Translations under genes and position numbers: made by a program
Part shown: positions 63,914-64,000 of the stretch, piece by piece
Layout: each line of letters begins with the position of its first letter
Numbering within the stretch: the first letter of the stretch is position 1
The notes under the pieces: generated by a model
Told to the model about the DNA's origin: nothing
Database searches by the model: none
Seen by the model: the letters and a program-made list of their open reading frames with translations, nothing else
NCBI GenBank assembly: GCA_937948815.1
Contig: CALFAM010000329.1
Location: 33 to 64,032 of the forward strand
Direction of reading: 5' to 3'
DNA length: 64,000 nucleotides
DNA from: an uncultured bacterium
GTDB taxonomy: Bacteria; Acidobacteriota; Thermoanaerobaculia; Multivoradales; J023

Positions 63914-63939
63914 TAACGCCGAAACAGAGCGAAGGTTCC
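63914..63939 (-). promoter_or_regulatory. ECF-type autoregulatory promoter candidate: GGAAC-N16-CGTTA
   Basis: The minus strand reads GGAACcttcgctctgtttcggCGTTA. The -10 element ends only 11 nt from ATG 63902, which would imply a near-leaderless transcript. Confidence 0.35.
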
Positions 63940-64000
63940 CGCGATCTCATGCGTAGGTGTGAACGGATTGCCCTCTCGCGCGTTGTAGTAGATGAGGGAC

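Overview
High-GC bacterial chromosomal window, about 52 protein-coding genes, tightly packed, with many 4-nt ATGA/GTGA start-stop overlaps. I found no rRNA, tRNA or CRISPR array. The content resembles Acidobacteriota: tandem GWxTD-like/VWA proteins, an ECF sigma factor next to a TPR Ser/Thr kinase, and a hybrid two-component sensor. That taxonomic placement is inference only. Housekeeping genes (arginase 5' end, rsmI, cysteine desulfurase, ABC-F ATPase, S1-domain protein, SpoU methyltransferase, fused 2-oxoacid dehydrogenase E1) sit among many secreted or membrane proteins of unknown function. The most interesting loci are: (1) a translationally coupled operon at 34.1-38.2 kb encoding an OlsB-like GNAT N-acyltransferase, a DinB-family protein and one 890-aa fusion of alpha/beta-hydrolase, DedA/VTT membrane domain and ATP-grasp ligase, a candidate undescribed lipid or aminolipid synthesis-flipping system; (2) a four-gene coupled operon at 38.4-41.0 kb built around a ferric-reductase-type transmembrane domain fused to a cytoplasmic Rieske domain; (3) a decayed comM 3' remnant and a frameshifted IS200/RAYT-like pseudogene beside a lower-GC TetR cassette carrying a duplicated 21-bp operator-like motif; (4) two ECF sigma modules, one with kinase and YcaQ-like protein, one with anti-sigma and a PDZ-repeat protein, plus AAC-N16/17-CGT promoter-like motifs. 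Family assignments come from motifs read by eye in the translations. No database search was run.
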